64,000 nucleotides of DNA from Wenzhouxiangellaceae bacterium (GTDB lineage Bacteria > Pseudomonadota > Gammaproteobacteria > Xanthomonadales > Wenzhouxiangellaceae): positions 2,147-66,146 of the forward strand of contig JANQPN010000074.1 of assembly GCA_028289455.1 (NCBI GenBank), given 5' to 3'. How positions within the stretch are numbered: the stretch's first letter is position 1; each line of letters starts with the position of its first letter. A program made the translations under genes and the position numbers. The notes below the pieces were generated by a model. That model did not search any database and had not been told where the DNA came from. It saw only the letters and a list, made by a program, of their open reading frames with translations. This document shows, one piece after another, positions 17,132 to 26,033 of this stretch.

Positions 17132-19813
17132 ATGCATAGAATAATATTAATATTACTGCTCCTGTTAACAGCCTTTAATCCCATTTATGCTCAAGATGCG
17201 ACTTCTGATGAAGAGGTTGATCAGGTTGCCGAGCAGGAAGAGGATTCAGATGCAGTGTTGGAATCACTGGTTGTTACAGGCACCCGTCGTGAGGCCCGTT
17301 CGGTGGAGGATTCACCGGCGCCCATTGATGTTTTGACCAGTGAGGATCTGTTAAATCAGGCCACCCTGGATCTTAGCGATGCATTACGTACCGTAGTGCC
17401 GTCATACAACGTTAACACCCAGCCGATTTCCGACGCGGCAACCCTGGTGCGCCCGGCTAATCTGCGTGGTCTTTCTCCTGACCATACGCTGGTTCTGGTT
17501 AACGGCAAACGCCGGCACAGAGCGGCTGTCATTTCTTTCCTTGGCGGCGGTATCGCTGATGGTGCCCAGGGGCCGGATATTTCCGTTATTCCAGCTATCG
17601 CTCTGAAACAGGTTGAGGTCTTGCGTGACGGTGCAGCCTCACAATACGGTTCTGATGCGATTGCAGGCGTGGTTAACTTTATTCTGAAAGATGATCCCAG
17701 TGGTGGTTCAATCGAAGCACAGTACGGCTCAACCTATGCCGGCGATGGTGATAACTACCGTTTTTCCGCCAATCTCGGGTTGCCTGTTACTGACCAGGGC
17801 TTCTTTAATATCAGCGCTGAATTCAGTGAAACTGATGCCACCAGCCGCTCCGTACAGCGCGATGATGCAGCAGGGTTAATTGCTGCCGGCAACCTGGACG
17901 TAGCCGACCCGGCCCAGATATGGGGACAACCCAATGTCAATGACGACCTCAAGTTGTTCGCTAACTTTGGTGTAGTCTTTAATGATTTTGTCGAAATGTA
18001 TGCTTTCGGCAATTATGCCGAACGTGAAGTTGAAGGCGGCTTTTTCTTCCGTAACCCGAACACCCGCGGCGGCGTGTTTTCCAATGATAACGGCGCCACT
18101 TTGCTGGTGGGTGATCTGACACCTGACGGTTCCGGCAACTGTCCGACCATCACTGTCACCAACAATGTGCCCGATCCGGATGCATTGGCTTTGGTATCTG
18201 CCGATCCGGATTGCTTTGTATTCAATGAACTGTTCCCGGGTGGCTTCACACCGCGTTTCGGCGGTAACCTGGAAGATAAATCCATTGTCGCCGGTTTCCG
18301 TGGCGTTATCCCTGTAGGCAGCGGTCTGAGCTATGACCTGAGCTACAGCTACGGCCAAAATGAAGTCGACTTCTTTATCAATAACACCGTTAATGCCAGC
18401 CTGGGTCCGGATACACCGACATCATTTGTACCTGGTGGTTATACCCAGACAGACAATAACTTTAATATCGATTTTGCCTATGGCATTGCATTGGAAAGCT
18501 TCGGCGAATACCTCAGCCTTGCAGCCGGTTTTGAATACCGGGAAGAGGAGTTTGAAATTTTTGCCGGTGACCCGGCATCATTCGCTATTGGCCCGTTGGC
18601 GGCGCCATCTGCTGCCTTCCCGGTAGGACAGGGTTTCTCATCCAGCTCAAACGGTTTTGGCGGTTTCACCACTGCCAGTGCAGGCGCCAACGATCAATCC
18701 AACACCGCTGTCTATTTTGATACGGAACTGGACGTAAACAGCCGCCTGTCATTCCAGGGCGCTATTCGTTTTGAAGATTTTGACACCTTCGGCAGCACCA
18801 CCAACTATAAGTTTGGCGGCTTGTTCAAGGCGACTGAGAATCTTGCTTTCCGTTCTACCTATAACACCGGCTTCCATGCACCAACTGCTGGTCAGGCCAA
18901 TGTAACCAATATCACCACCGCTTTCTCAGGTACTGTTTTACAGGATCAGGGCACCATTCCTTTATCCAGTGCAGCCGGTCAGTTTATTTCTGACTTTATC
19001 GTTGCCAACGGTGGAGAACGCCCAACACTCGGACCTGAAGAGTCAGACAGTTTCTCTATAGGTGCAGTATTCAATGTTGGTAATATCGACTTCACAGTCG
19101 ACCTGTACAACATCGAAGTGGACGATCGTATTTCCATTTCCGAGCAGCAGGACTTCCTGTTTGCATTGCAGCAGACTGCGACACAGAACAATGTCTCATT
19201 TGACCCCAATGCAACCACCAGTCAGTTACTGAATGCACTGGATAATGCCGGTGTATTGAACAGTGCAGACTTTGCCGGTTCGGAAGATTTGACCAGCTTC
19301 GGGTTCTTCAACAACGACTTTGATACCCGCACCCGCGGTATCGATATTGTTGCCAGCACCAACCACAAGTTTACTGATGACAGTGATACCAGCTTTGTGA
19401 TGGTCTGGAACTACAACGATACCGATGTGACCGATCGCGGCAACCTGGGTGACACGCGTTTGCGGCAACTGGAAGAAAACCTGCCAAGCTGGCGTGGTAC
19501 CTTTACTGTTACCCATAACCAGGGCCCATGGCATGCGCTGGCCAGAGCGAACTTTTTCGGTTCCTTCTTTGAAGCGCATCTGGATTCCGGCGATCTGCCC
19601 ATCGAAGCAGGCTCGGAAATCACACTGGATCTGGAAATCGGCCGCCGTATTTTTGACAACTTCGACATCAGTGCCGGTGTGAGCAACCTGTTCGATAACT
19701 TCCCCGATGAAAACCCGTTTGCCGGCGTAGCCGGTTCGCGTTTCCCGGCCACAGCACCTGGTGGCTTCCTGGGCGGAGTTTACTACTTCCGCGCACGTTA
19801 CGACTTCCTGTAA
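17132..19813 (+). CDS. TonB-dependent outer-membrane receptor
   Basis: 893 aa, with a signal peptide and a plug region (LVVTGTRREARSVEDSPAPIDVLT..LRGLSPDHTLVLVNGKRRH). It has a long Gly/Asn/Phe/Tyr-rich beta-barrel and an aromatic C-terminus ..YYFRARYDFL. Confidence 0.9.
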   Translation: MHRIILILLLLLTAFNPIYAQDATSDEEVDQVAEQEEDSDAVLESLVVTGTRREARSVEDSPAPIDVLTSEDLLNQATLDLSDALRTVVPSYNVNTQPISDAATLVRPANLRGLSPDHTLVLVNGKRRHRAAVISFLGGGIADGAQGPDISVIPAIALKQVEVLRDGAASQYGSDAIAGVVNFILKDDPSGGSIEAQYGSTYAGDGDNYRFSANLGLPVTDQGFFNISAEFSETDATSRSVQRDDAAGLIAAGNLDVADPAQIWGQPNVNDDLKLFANFGVVFNDFVEMYAFGNYAEREVEGGFFFRNPNTRGGVFSNDNGATLLVGDLTPDGSGNCPTITVTNNVPDPDALALVSADPDCFVFNELFPGGFTPRFGGNLEDKSIVAGFRGVIPVGSGLSYDLSYSYGQNEVDFFINNTVNASLGPDTPTSFVPGGYTQTDNNFNIDFAYGIALESFGEYLSLAAGFEYREEEFEIFAGDPASFAIGPLAAPSAAFPVGQGFSSSSNGFGGFTTASAGANDQSNTAVYFDTELDVNSRLSFQGAIRFEDFDTFGSTTNYKFGGLFKATENLAFRSTYNTGFHAPTAGQANVTNITTAFSGTVLQDQGTIPLSSAAGQFISDFIVANGGERPTLGPEESDSFSIGAVFNVGNIDFTVDLYNIEVDDRISISEQQDFLFALQQTATQNNVSFDPNATTSQLLNALDNAGVLNSADFAGSEDLTSFGFFNNDFDTRTRGIDIVASTNHKFTDDSDTSFVMVWNYNDTDVTDRGNLGDTRLRQLEENLPSWRGTFTVTHNQGPWHALARANFFGSFFEAHLDSGDLPIEAGSEITLDLEIGRRIFDNFDISAGVSNLFDNFPDENPFAGVAGSRFPATAPGGFLGGVYYFRARYDFL

Positions 19814-19839
19814 GCGTTAACTGAGAGGTAAACATTCAG

Positions 19840-19872
19840 CGCCCGGTAAGGTTTTGCCTTACCGGGCGTTTT
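19840..19872 (+). terminator. Rho-independent terminator after the TonB-dependent receptor
   Basis: cgcccggtaagg-ttttg-ccttaccgggcg is a 12-bp stem followed by TTTT. Confidence 0.85.
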
Positions 19873-20119
19873 CTATCTGAACAGGTGTAAATTATTTTCT
19901 ATATCCCGGCAATATTAAAATCTATTATTGAATGAACCGATAGCATTTCTATCGCAGGTCGGGGATAAAATCCGGTTTGGCCTGATACGATTAAGCAAAG
20001 TAATGTATATTTCGTACACCAACGCTGCTACAGCGCAGGTATTTTGCGCCGAATGAGCAGTAACTGGCTGCCTTAACAAGGGAATAAACCACATAGCAAA
20101 GTTCTGGAGGACACCACCA

Positions 20120-21904
20120 ATGAGCAACGCTCGCGACAAGATAATCAAACGTATTGCGGTACTTTTAGTTGTACTGTTCAGCTGGCCGACCAGTGTTGCG
20201 GCGCTGGTGCTGGAACGGATTACCTCATTTGACCGGATAACCAATACCGATGATTTAATAGTCGTGGACGAACGGTTGTTCTATGTGGAATTGTCGTCAA
20301 GGTTTCCGGGGATTGTTACCGAACCTCCTGCGTTGATGGTAACCGGTGGAGGGCAGGGCACCCTGAGGCTGGCTGAAGATTTGCAGAACGCATTTGATTT
20401 CACCCACATTGTTGAAGCCGGCGGCCTGGTTTACTTCTTGCAGGAGCCATTTGAACTGTGGGTCACCGACGGTACCCCAGCCAATACCAGGCTGGCGATC
20501 AACTTGCGGGATACCGCACCGGATATCAGTTTTATCACCGAATTTGTCGCCAATAATGATCTGGTGGTGCTGGAAATACTCAACAGCGATGACAGCCGTG
20601 GCGTGATCTCAACAAACGGCACATTCCAGGGTACCGTGACATTCAATCCGGATGAAAGTTACCGGATGGACTCGCTGTGTGTGTTCAATGAAAACAATTT
20701 CATTGCACAAACCACTTCCAGGGACAGCTACAGCCAGTTCAGCAATGGCGCCATTAATACCACGGCATTGACCGGTTCCGGCCGCTTCAACTTTGATGCA
20801 GTCAGCCTTGCTGATTTATCCGATGCCTGTGTATACCGGGTTAATGATCTGCAGGCAGACGGTGGTCCGGTAGAACAATTGCTGCAGATCAATCAGGATG
20901 GATCACAGCAGCTGATAACCGTTCCGGATGCAGTTACCCAGGGCCGGCAGCTGGCCACCCGTCAATTTATGGACCGGTTGATTGTCTCGCGGTCTGATAC
21001 CAGTGAGTTTTTTACCGTGCGGCAGGCCCGTGGAGAAGTCTTCGAACTTCGTACTGAATCGGCTACATTAATCAACACAGGCATTGCCGATTTGGTCCCC
21101 AACGGTTCGTCATTACTGGATATCGGCTTTACCGACGATACCGGCTACTTGCTGCAGTTCAATAATGCACCGGTATCCCCGCCGCCGCCGCCATTCATCA
21201 CCCGGTTTGACGCCAACTATCAACCGATAGCAGAAGCCGGCTTCCCGGTTTCCGGCGGTTCCAGTGCTTCATTTGCCGATTTCGCTTTATTTGACAGGCA
21301 GGGTGAAGATTTCATTTTCAATAAGAATGCAGAAGAAATTTCGGCTTTCAGCAACTTCGAGCAGAATCGCATCCGCACCAGCAATGTGAGCATCAATCAG
21401 TTCATCAACCAGCCCGGCAGCGCCAACCAGGCGGTATTTGCTATCGGCACGGATAGAACGGTCCAGCGTAACGATATCTACCGTTTTCAGACCACGCCAT
21501 CGGTATCGATGCGGCTGGAGGGGCTGTGGGGCAGCCCGGAGGCCAATTCCCAGGGTGTGCAGATCAGTACAGGTATCGGTAGTGACAGGGAATCGCAGTT
21601 TCTGTTTATGACCATTCTGGCCAATTCAGATAATCAAGCCATATGGTTCGGCGGTTCTGCGCCAATTCCGGATGGCGGGTCCAGTATTCAGGTGGATCTG
21701 CGTTTAACGTCCAACCTGCCATTTCTGGGCGATAACGTTTCTGTGGTACCCAATCGCACCGATGTGGGCACAGCAACAATTACCGTGACCGGTTGCGATA
21801 CCCTTGATCTGGATCTGCAGTTGATTGAACCTTTCGGCAATCGTCAGCTGGAGCTGTTGCGGGTGCTGGATCAATCTTTCTCTGATTTATGCACTGATGG
21901 CTGA
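20120..21904 (+). CDS. Exported ELWxxDGT-motif protein, paralogue 3
   Basis: 594 aa, with GGAGGA 8 nt upstream. It carries ..VAA-LVLERI, FELWVTDGTPANT and the C-terminal LEGLWGSPEANSQGVQIS..FLFMTILANS..IWFGG..GTATITVTGC. Confidence 0.9.
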   Translation: MSNARDKIIKRIAVLLVVLFSWPTSVAALVLERITSFDRITNTDDLIVVDERLFYVELSSRFPGIVTEPPALMVTGGGQGTLRLAEDLQNAFDFTHIVEAGGLVYFLQEPFELWVTDGTPANTRLAINLRDTAPDISFITEFVANNDLVVLEILNSDDSRGVISTNGTFQGTVTFNPDESYRMDSLCVFNENNFIAQTTSRDSYSQFSNGAINTTALTGSGRFNFDAVSLADLSDACVYRVNDLQADGGPVEQLLQINQDGSQQLITVPDAVTQGRQLATRQFMDRLIVSRSDTSEFFTVRQARGEVFELRTESATLINTGIADLVPNGSSLLDIGFTDDTGYLLQFNNAPVSPPPPPFITRFDANYQPIAEAGFPVSGGSSASFADFALFDRQGEDFIFNKNAEEISAFSNFEQNRIRTSNVSINQFINQPGSANQAVFAIGTDRTVQRNDIYRFQTTPSVSMRLEGLWGSPEANSQGVQISTGIGSDRESQFLFMTILANSDNQAIWFGGSAPIPDGGSSIQVDLRLTSNLPFLGDNVSVVPNRTDVGTATITVTGCDTLDLDLQLIEPFGNRQLELLRVLDQSFSDLCTDG

Positions 21905-21974
21905 GTGATACTGAAACAGCAATCAGAACAGTGATTGTTGATAATTTCCGCTGTAGTGCATAGATAATGTAGTC

Positions 21975-22502
21975 ATGGATCTTGAATCACTCGCTAATCT
22001 CGCTGAAATCTTCGGCGCTCTGCTGGTTATCGGCGGTATGGTGCTGGGTGTTATAGAAATCAGAAACTACCGCACCCAGCGCCAGGAAACCGCGGCCATG
22101 GAAATCATGCGGGCATTTCAATCGCCCGAATTCACCCGCGCCATCCAGCTGGTGATGGAATATGAAGGCGACAGCCGTGACTGCTGCGACCCGGAAGTGT
22201 CACCGGAACTGCTAAAAGCCGTGATGCTGATTTCCACCACACTGGAATCCATCGGCCTGATGGTTTACCGGCGCTCGGTGCCGTTCAGCCTGGTCCAGCA
22301 GCTGATGGGCGGCACCATTCAGGCCTGCTGGTCGGTATTGAGTTCCTATGTTGACCGGGTACGCAAAAATGCCGGCCGGGATTCGCTGTATGAATGGTTT
22401 CAATGGCTGGCTGAACGGCTTGAAGCGCATCCTGAATACCGTGATGATGAAGGGGCTTATGTGAAGTACCGTGATTGGAAGCCGGAAAACAGGCGCAGCT
22501 GA
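21975..22502 (+). CDS. Hypothetical single-pass membrane protein
   Basis: 175-aa ORF with one N-terminal hydrophobic helix (IFGALLVIGGMVLGVI). I see no catalytic motif. Confidence 0.6.
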   Translation: MDLESLANLAEIFGALLVIGGMVLGVIEIRNYRTQRQETAAMEIMRAFQSPEFTRAIQLVMEYEGDSRDCCDPEVSPELLKAVMLISTTLESIGLMVYRRSVPFSLVQQLMGGTIQACWSVLSSYVDRVRKNAGRDSLYEWFQWLAERLEAHPEYRDDEGAYVKYRDWKPENRRS

Positions 22503-22760
22503 GCAACCTGTCACGGCTGTGTATTGACTTGAAACAAAGCAAATACCGCTTCAGGTAAAACATTCAATAATCAGCATAAGCTATTAATATAGTTAATGAA
22601 TAATACGATATTAATCAAGAATATTATTGCCGGTAACATTGCCGAGGAATAACAAGTCCCGAAGTTGATGATGAACCACTTTTAATCTGTTTTGCGCGAT
22701 AATAATCAGCTGAGCAAAATACTTTTTGCTTTAATGCAGAGGTTGACTTAGGGAAAATCA

Positions 22761-24362
22761 ATGACACGAATTCATAGAGTAAGCCTGTGGCTGATGCTGG
22801 CTGTACTGCCGTTGCAGGCCAGTGCCTTTCTGTTTTCCAAGAAAGACAGCAGCATAGAAGCTCAAAAAGAACTTGACGCCGGCAACGGCTATGTTGGGCT
22901 GGTTGTAACCATTGGATCCGGCAAGTTGAATGATGTGCTGGAACCCAGACTGGATATCAGCTATTGGCATAAGCTTCACCTGAAAAACCTTGATGAAGAC
23001 AAACGCTTTGAAATCAGCCCTTTAGGATCAATCAATACAAACTCAAAAGTGTATCTCGGTCAGCTGCCGGCCGGTCGTTACCAGTTGCTGAAGCTTGAAT
23101 CTGAAACGTTTGATTCGGAAAACAAAAAGATCATTACCCATGCTTTCAGCGAACGGGGTGAATTTAGCATTGCATCCGGCCAATTAGCTGACCTGCAGGG
23201 GATAGCTTATTACGCCACAGATGAAAGTATCGAGCCGGACAAATCCTTTCTGGAAAAAGCATTAATGCTGGGCGTCAGAAATGAAACATCACTGGCTTTC
23301 GCCATGCCATTCGCTACCGATGTTGTTAAACATTACGCTGCTGAGAAAATATCACCGGATATACAGACCAGCACCGTCACAATCAGCAATATCGACAGTT
23401 CTGCAGAAACGCTCAGCACACAATTACCGGTTGCTGTTGACAGCTCATACCTGGCCGGCACAGAGCAACAGCTTAAAATGCTTGAAGGGCGCTTTGGCAC
23501 AGGCTTTATCGGCAAAAAAGGGTCGGCATGGCAGACAATAAGACTACCGACATTTTTTGCCGTGACTGCTATTGCACCATTGAGCGACAATCTGGTGCTG
23601 GCTGGTACTGAGTTTGGCACCATTTTTGAATACGACCTGGCGCAACAGCAGGTAACCAGACAGCTGCAGACAGGACTGAAAGATCAAATCCATTTATTGG
23701 ACAGAATCAGTGACACCGAAATCCTGGTAATCGACAGCCGGAACTCGAACTATTCAGTGTCGATTCTAGACATCAATAGCTGGGAATTGACGCCCGTTTC
23801 TGAAAGCTTTGCCGAAGACGAAATCGATTATGACGAACTGGATCAAAGCGAACTCAAGGATTTTGTTTTCAGGCTGACCAGCGATGAACCACAGCAGCAG
23901 TATTACCTGGCCAAGGGAATCTATGAGTTCGACGGTGGCAGTTTCGAGAGATCGCGTAAAGCGTCCAGAGTCTTTGACTTCCAGCAGGGCAATGCAGTGA
24001 TACGCTCCGGCCGCAGAGCCAGCTATAACAACGGCAAACGCTGGGAAAATCCCCGCAAAGCCACCCGAATCAACGATCCGAACCAGGACAGGGCATTTAT
24101 ATTCACCAGCAAGCAGCTGCTGAAACCTGCAGCGCTTTATGAAGGCTTTTCCGCTGAGCGGAAGGTGGTGGGCGTGGAGTTCTTCAATTCCCGAAATTTC
24201 GCCAAAAGCTGGGAATCATTGAGCAGGCTGGATCAGAATTGTGATCATGTGCTGTATGGCATTTCGCTCAATGATGAGGTTTATGTTCACTGTAAAGACG
24301 GGACTTTCAAAGCCTCATGGGATCGAGGTAAATCCTGGGAGGCTGTGGATGACACACCATAA
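22761..24362 (+). CDS. Hypothetical exported protein with Asp-box (BNR-like) motif
   Basis: 533 aa with signal peptide VSLWLMLAVLPLQASA. The C-terminal SWDRGKSWE fits SxDxGx(T/S)W. Confidence 0.7.
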   Translation: MTRIHRVSLWLMLAVLPLQASAFLFSKKDSSIEAQKELDAGNGYVGLVVTIGSGKLNDVLEPRLDISYWHKLHLKNLDEDKRFEISPLGSINTNSKVYLGQLPAGRYQLLKLESETFDSENKKIITHAFSERGEFSIASGQLADLQGIAYYATDESIEPDKSFLEKALMLGVRNETSLAFAMPFATDVVKHYAAEKISPDIQTSTVTISNIDSSAETLSTQLPVAVDSSYLAGTEQQLKMLEGRFGTGFIGKKGSAWQTIRLPTFFAVTAIAPLSDNLVLAGTEFGTIFEYDLAQQQVTRQLQTGLKDQIHLLDRISDTEILVIDSRNSNYSVSILDINSWELTPVSESFAEDEIDYDELDQSELKDFVFRLTSDEPQQQYYLAKGIYEFDGGSFERSRKASRVFDFQQGNAVIRSGRRASYNNGKRWENPRKATRINDPNQDRAFIFTSKQLLKPAALYEGFSAERKVVGVEFFNSRNFAKSWESLSRLDQNCDHVLYGISLNDEVYVHCKDGTFKASWDRGKSWEAVDDTP

Positions 24363-24431
24363 CAAATCCGCATAAAAGGACTTGGGATTCCAGCGGGTGC
24401 GTGAAGACATTTACTCTATAAAAACATAATC

Positions 24432-24469
24432 GTTCCACCTTTGTTCTATAGAATGTTCCATGTATGTTC
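24432..24469 (+). promoter_or_regulatory. Operator array 2: GTTC-N7-GTTC-N8-GTTC-N7-GTTC
   Basis: GTTC cores start at 24432, 24443, 24455 and 24466. The array ends 122 nt upstream of the Y-family polymerase start. Confidence 0.7.
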
Positions 24470-24591
24470 TATAAAGTGATTGGCACTGACCAGTCGCTGA
24501 AGGTAGTTGAAATGTTTTATTGTTATCGGCAAATCGCTGAATTTGCTATGTTTTTCACTATGCAGGATGCATTTTATACCCAAAAACCATC

Positions 24592-25836
24592 TTGTTGACG
24601 CGGTGGAAGCGGGCGATTGTCCATGCGGACATGAACGCTTTTTTTGCCAGCATCGAACAACTGGATGATCCTGCACTAAGAGGCAAACCTGTGGGTGTCA
24701 CCAATGGATTGACGGGCACCTGTGTGATTACTTCTTCGTATGAGGCGCGTGCTTATGGTGTGAAAACCGGCATGCGGCTTAAGGAGGCAGAGCAGATCTG
24801 CCCGGGCTTCATCAGACGGCCCGCCAGGCCGGTGCGTTATGCCGAGCTGTCCACACGCATCATGAATGCGCTTACTGAACGTGTCAGTCCCGAAATGGAG
24901 GTGTTTTCCGTGGACGAGGCCTTTCTGGATGTTACCGCCAGCCAGAAACTGCTGGGGACGCCTGAACAGATCGGCAAACATGTTAAGGACGCGGTATTCG
25001 GGGTTTCAGGCATAAAGTGCAGCGTTGGTATCAGTGAGGGCAAACTCACCGCCAAATGGGCTGCCAAACAGAATAAGCCGGATGGTTTGACTGTTCTGCA
25101 TCCGGATGATGTCAGAACGGCCCTGGCTGACCGGCCCGTGGAGGAAATCTGCGGTATTGCCAAAGGCATGAGCAAATACCTGGCGGCGCATAAAGCCTAT
25201 ACCTGCGGGGATGTGGCAAAGCTACCGATAACCATACTGGCATCGCGCTGGGGCGATATCGGCCGGCGCATGTGGTCGGTATGCCGCGGGCACGATCCGG
25301 CGCCGCTGGAATTTGATATGCCGCCGCCGCAATCCATCGGCCACGGCAAAGTGATGCCGCCCAATACCAAAGAGAAGGAAACCATCAGAACCTATCTGTA
25401 CCACATGGCGGAAAAAGTCGCCGCCAGGCTCAGAAAGCACAACTTCGAAGCCACCCGGTTTTTTGTCGGCATCCGGACAGTGCATGAATGGCAGGCGCAT
25501 AAATACAAATCCGTACCCACCGACGACGGCAAGCTGATTCGATTGATGTGTGAGGATCTGCTGGCCAAGCACTGGGATGGAAGAGGGGCCTTCCAAGTAC
25601 AGGTAACCGCCCTGGACCCCAAAGAAACCGCCTACCAGCATGACTGGCTGCGGGATAATGATCAGCGGAGGAGGGCGCTTAACGCTGCTGTGGATGATAT
25701 TTGTGAGCGTTTTGGGGAGTTCAGCGTGTCACCGGCGCCGTTATTGGCACGGTCGGATATGCCGAATGTGATTGCGCCGGCGTGGCGACCGTTTGGGCAT
25801 AGGCAGACCATACAAGACCAGAATGTAAAAAGTTAA
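24592..25836 (+). CDS. Y-family DNA polymerase (DinB/Pol IV-like, catalytic residues present)
   Basis: 414 aa with a TTG start in the track. Motifs: HADMNAFFASIEQ, GKPVGV, SSYEARAYGVKTGM and SVDEAFLDVT. Confidence 0.85.
   Translation: MLTRWKRAIVHADMNAFFASIEQLDDPALRGKPVGVTNGLTGTCVITSSYEARAYGVKTGMRLKEAEQICPGFIRRPARPVRYAELSTRIMNALTERVSPEMEVFSVDEAFLDVTASQKLLGTPEQIGKHVKDAVFGVSGIKCSVGISEGKLTAKWAAKQNKPDGLTVLHPDDVRTALADRPVEEICGIAKGMSKYLAAHKAYTCGDVAKLPITILASRWGDIGRRMWSVCRGHDPAPLEFDMPPPQSIGHGKVMPPNTKEKETIRTYLYHMAEKVAARLRKHNFEATRFFVGIRTVHEWQAHKYKSVPTDDGKLIRLMCEDLLAKHWDGRGAFQVQVTALDPKETAYQHDWLRDNDQRRRALNAAVDDICERFGEFSVSPAPLLARSDMPNVIAPAWRPFGHRQTIQDQNVKS
25689..25713 (+). repeat. 25-nt direct repeat, copy 1 (inside the polymerase 3' coding region)
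   Basis: tgtggatgatatttgtgagcgtttt matches 25912-25936 at 24 of 25 positions. Confidence 0.9.
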
Positions 25837-25911
25837 TCGGGCACGTCAGAAACTAAATCATGCATAGAGTATGCATTATAACGCTAGCAATGCGCGATTA
25901 GTTTCTACTAA

Positions 25912-25936
25912 TGTGAATGATATTTGTGAGCGTTTT
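25912..25936 (+). repeat. 25-nt direct repeat, copy 2 (intergenic, at the edge of the low-GC island)
   Basis: tgtgaatgatatttgtgagcgtttt would encode ..VNDICERF.., compared with ..VDDICERF.. in the gene. Confidence 0.9.
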
Positions 25937-26006
25937 TTAAATATGGCATAACTGCAGCACAGCTGATTTGGTATATATAGCTTGAAAGTATTAGGATGCT
26001 AATTAG

Positions 26007-26032
26007 CAAGGCTTCAAAAAAAGCCTTGTTTG
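26007..26032. terminator. Hairpin next to the SIR2-like gene stop (possibly a bidirectional terminator)
   Basis: caaggctt-caaaaa-aagccttg followed by TTT on the + strand. It lies 5 nt beyond the minus-strand stop at 26034-26036. Confidence 0.4.
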
Positions 26033-26033
26033 A

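Noticed and set aside
17876-18358. 160-aa minus-strand ORF (and neighbours 17755..18012, 18013..18285) inside the TonB-dependent receptor.
   Set aside because: These are shadow ORFs antisense to a gene with clear plug and barrel features.
25222-25641. 139-aa minus-strand ORF inside the Y-family polymerase gene.
   Set aside because: It is antisense to a gene with all catalytic motifs, and its composition is Gly/Arg/Pro-rich.
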